From the NCBI GenBank assembly GCA_050293845.1, contig JBNKNM010000105.1, positions 1 through 18,112 of the forward strand: a stretch of 18,112 nucleotides of DNA, written 5' to 3'. This document shows positions 17,923 through 18,112 of this stretch, in pieces. How positions within the stretch are numbered: the stretch's first letter is position 1; every line of letters starts with the position of its first letter. The stretch is from Pseudobacteriovorax sp. (GTDB taxonomy: Bacteria > Bdellovibrionota_B > Oligoflexia > Oligoflexales > Oligoflexaceae). A model generated the notes under the pieces. That model saw only the letters and a program-made list of their open reading frames with translations. It searched no databases and was not told the DNA's origin. A program made the translations under genes and the position numbers.

Positions 17923-18008
17923 TAGCAGATCTACCTCAAAGCTTTAGCAAAACAATTTATAGCGAAGCCAAAGCTAGCTTGAAAGCTAAACAGTTGATTT
18001 GTTTTCAT

Positions 18009-18112
18009 CAAACTTCTCCAGGAAACCCGGTCTCGTTAGGGCCGGGAGGAATGGAGAAGCCCTGCGGCGAGCATCGAATCGTTGATTCGAAATCCTCCAT
18101 TGCGGTTAAGGT
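18009..18112 (+). mobile_element. left end of an IS200/IS605-superfamily element (IscB- or TnpB-type); continues past the right edge
   Basis: Target tetramer TCAT (18005-18008), then GAAA (18022-18025) at the 5' foot of the imperfect hairpin CCCGGTCT-CGTT-AGGGCCGGG (18026-18046), enclosed by CTTCTCCA/TGGAGAAG (18013-18020 / 18052-18059). No transposase or nuclease gene is visible in the window. Confidence 0.7.

Noticed and set aside
17994..17998. TTGAT (ISDra2-type target) near the IS end
   Set aside because: The GAAA guide at the hairpin foot and its spacing fit TCAT at 18005-18008, not TTGAT.
18013..18059. Right-edge hairpin read as a tRNA, SRP RNA or simple terminator
   Set aside because: No cloverleaf, T-loop or SRP core, and no U-tract next to the GC-rich inner stem; the IS200/IS605 end layout explains it better.
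1..18112. CRISPR arrays, tRNA/rRNA genes, prophage or defence genes
   Set aside because: No regularly spaced repeats or recognisable signatures were seen on either strand.

Overview
Mostly housekeeping bacterial DNA of moderate GC. The gene content and protein style suggest a Bdellovibrionota/deltaproteobacteria-like genome (inference only). Left to right: a 2-oxoglutarate dehydrogenase operon in the order sucB-lpdA-sucA (minus strand; sucA runs off the left edge and is missing from the ORF track), two lipoproteins, a bactofilin, two hypothetical proteins, rplM-rpsI, asnS preceded by two paralogous GT4 glycosyltransferases, an outer-membrane beta-barrel divergent from a glycerophosphodiesterase-lysophospholipase pair, a SAM methyltransferase coupled to L-serine dehydratase, and a DMT/EamA transporter. 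The best signals outside the ORF track are (1) an IS200/IS605-superfamily left end at the right edge (TCAT cleavage site, GAAA guide, subterminal hairpin), possibly an IscB/OMEGA element, and (2) an unannotated ~185-nt rod-like structured RNA candidate at 12145-12329 that resembles 6S RNA. At the protein level there is a lipoprotein alpha/beta-hydrolase that appears to have lost its catalytic triad and a degenerate GNAT-like protein with a MinD-like membrane-targeting tail opposite the bactofilin. No complete novel multi-gene system can be demonstrated from this window alone.
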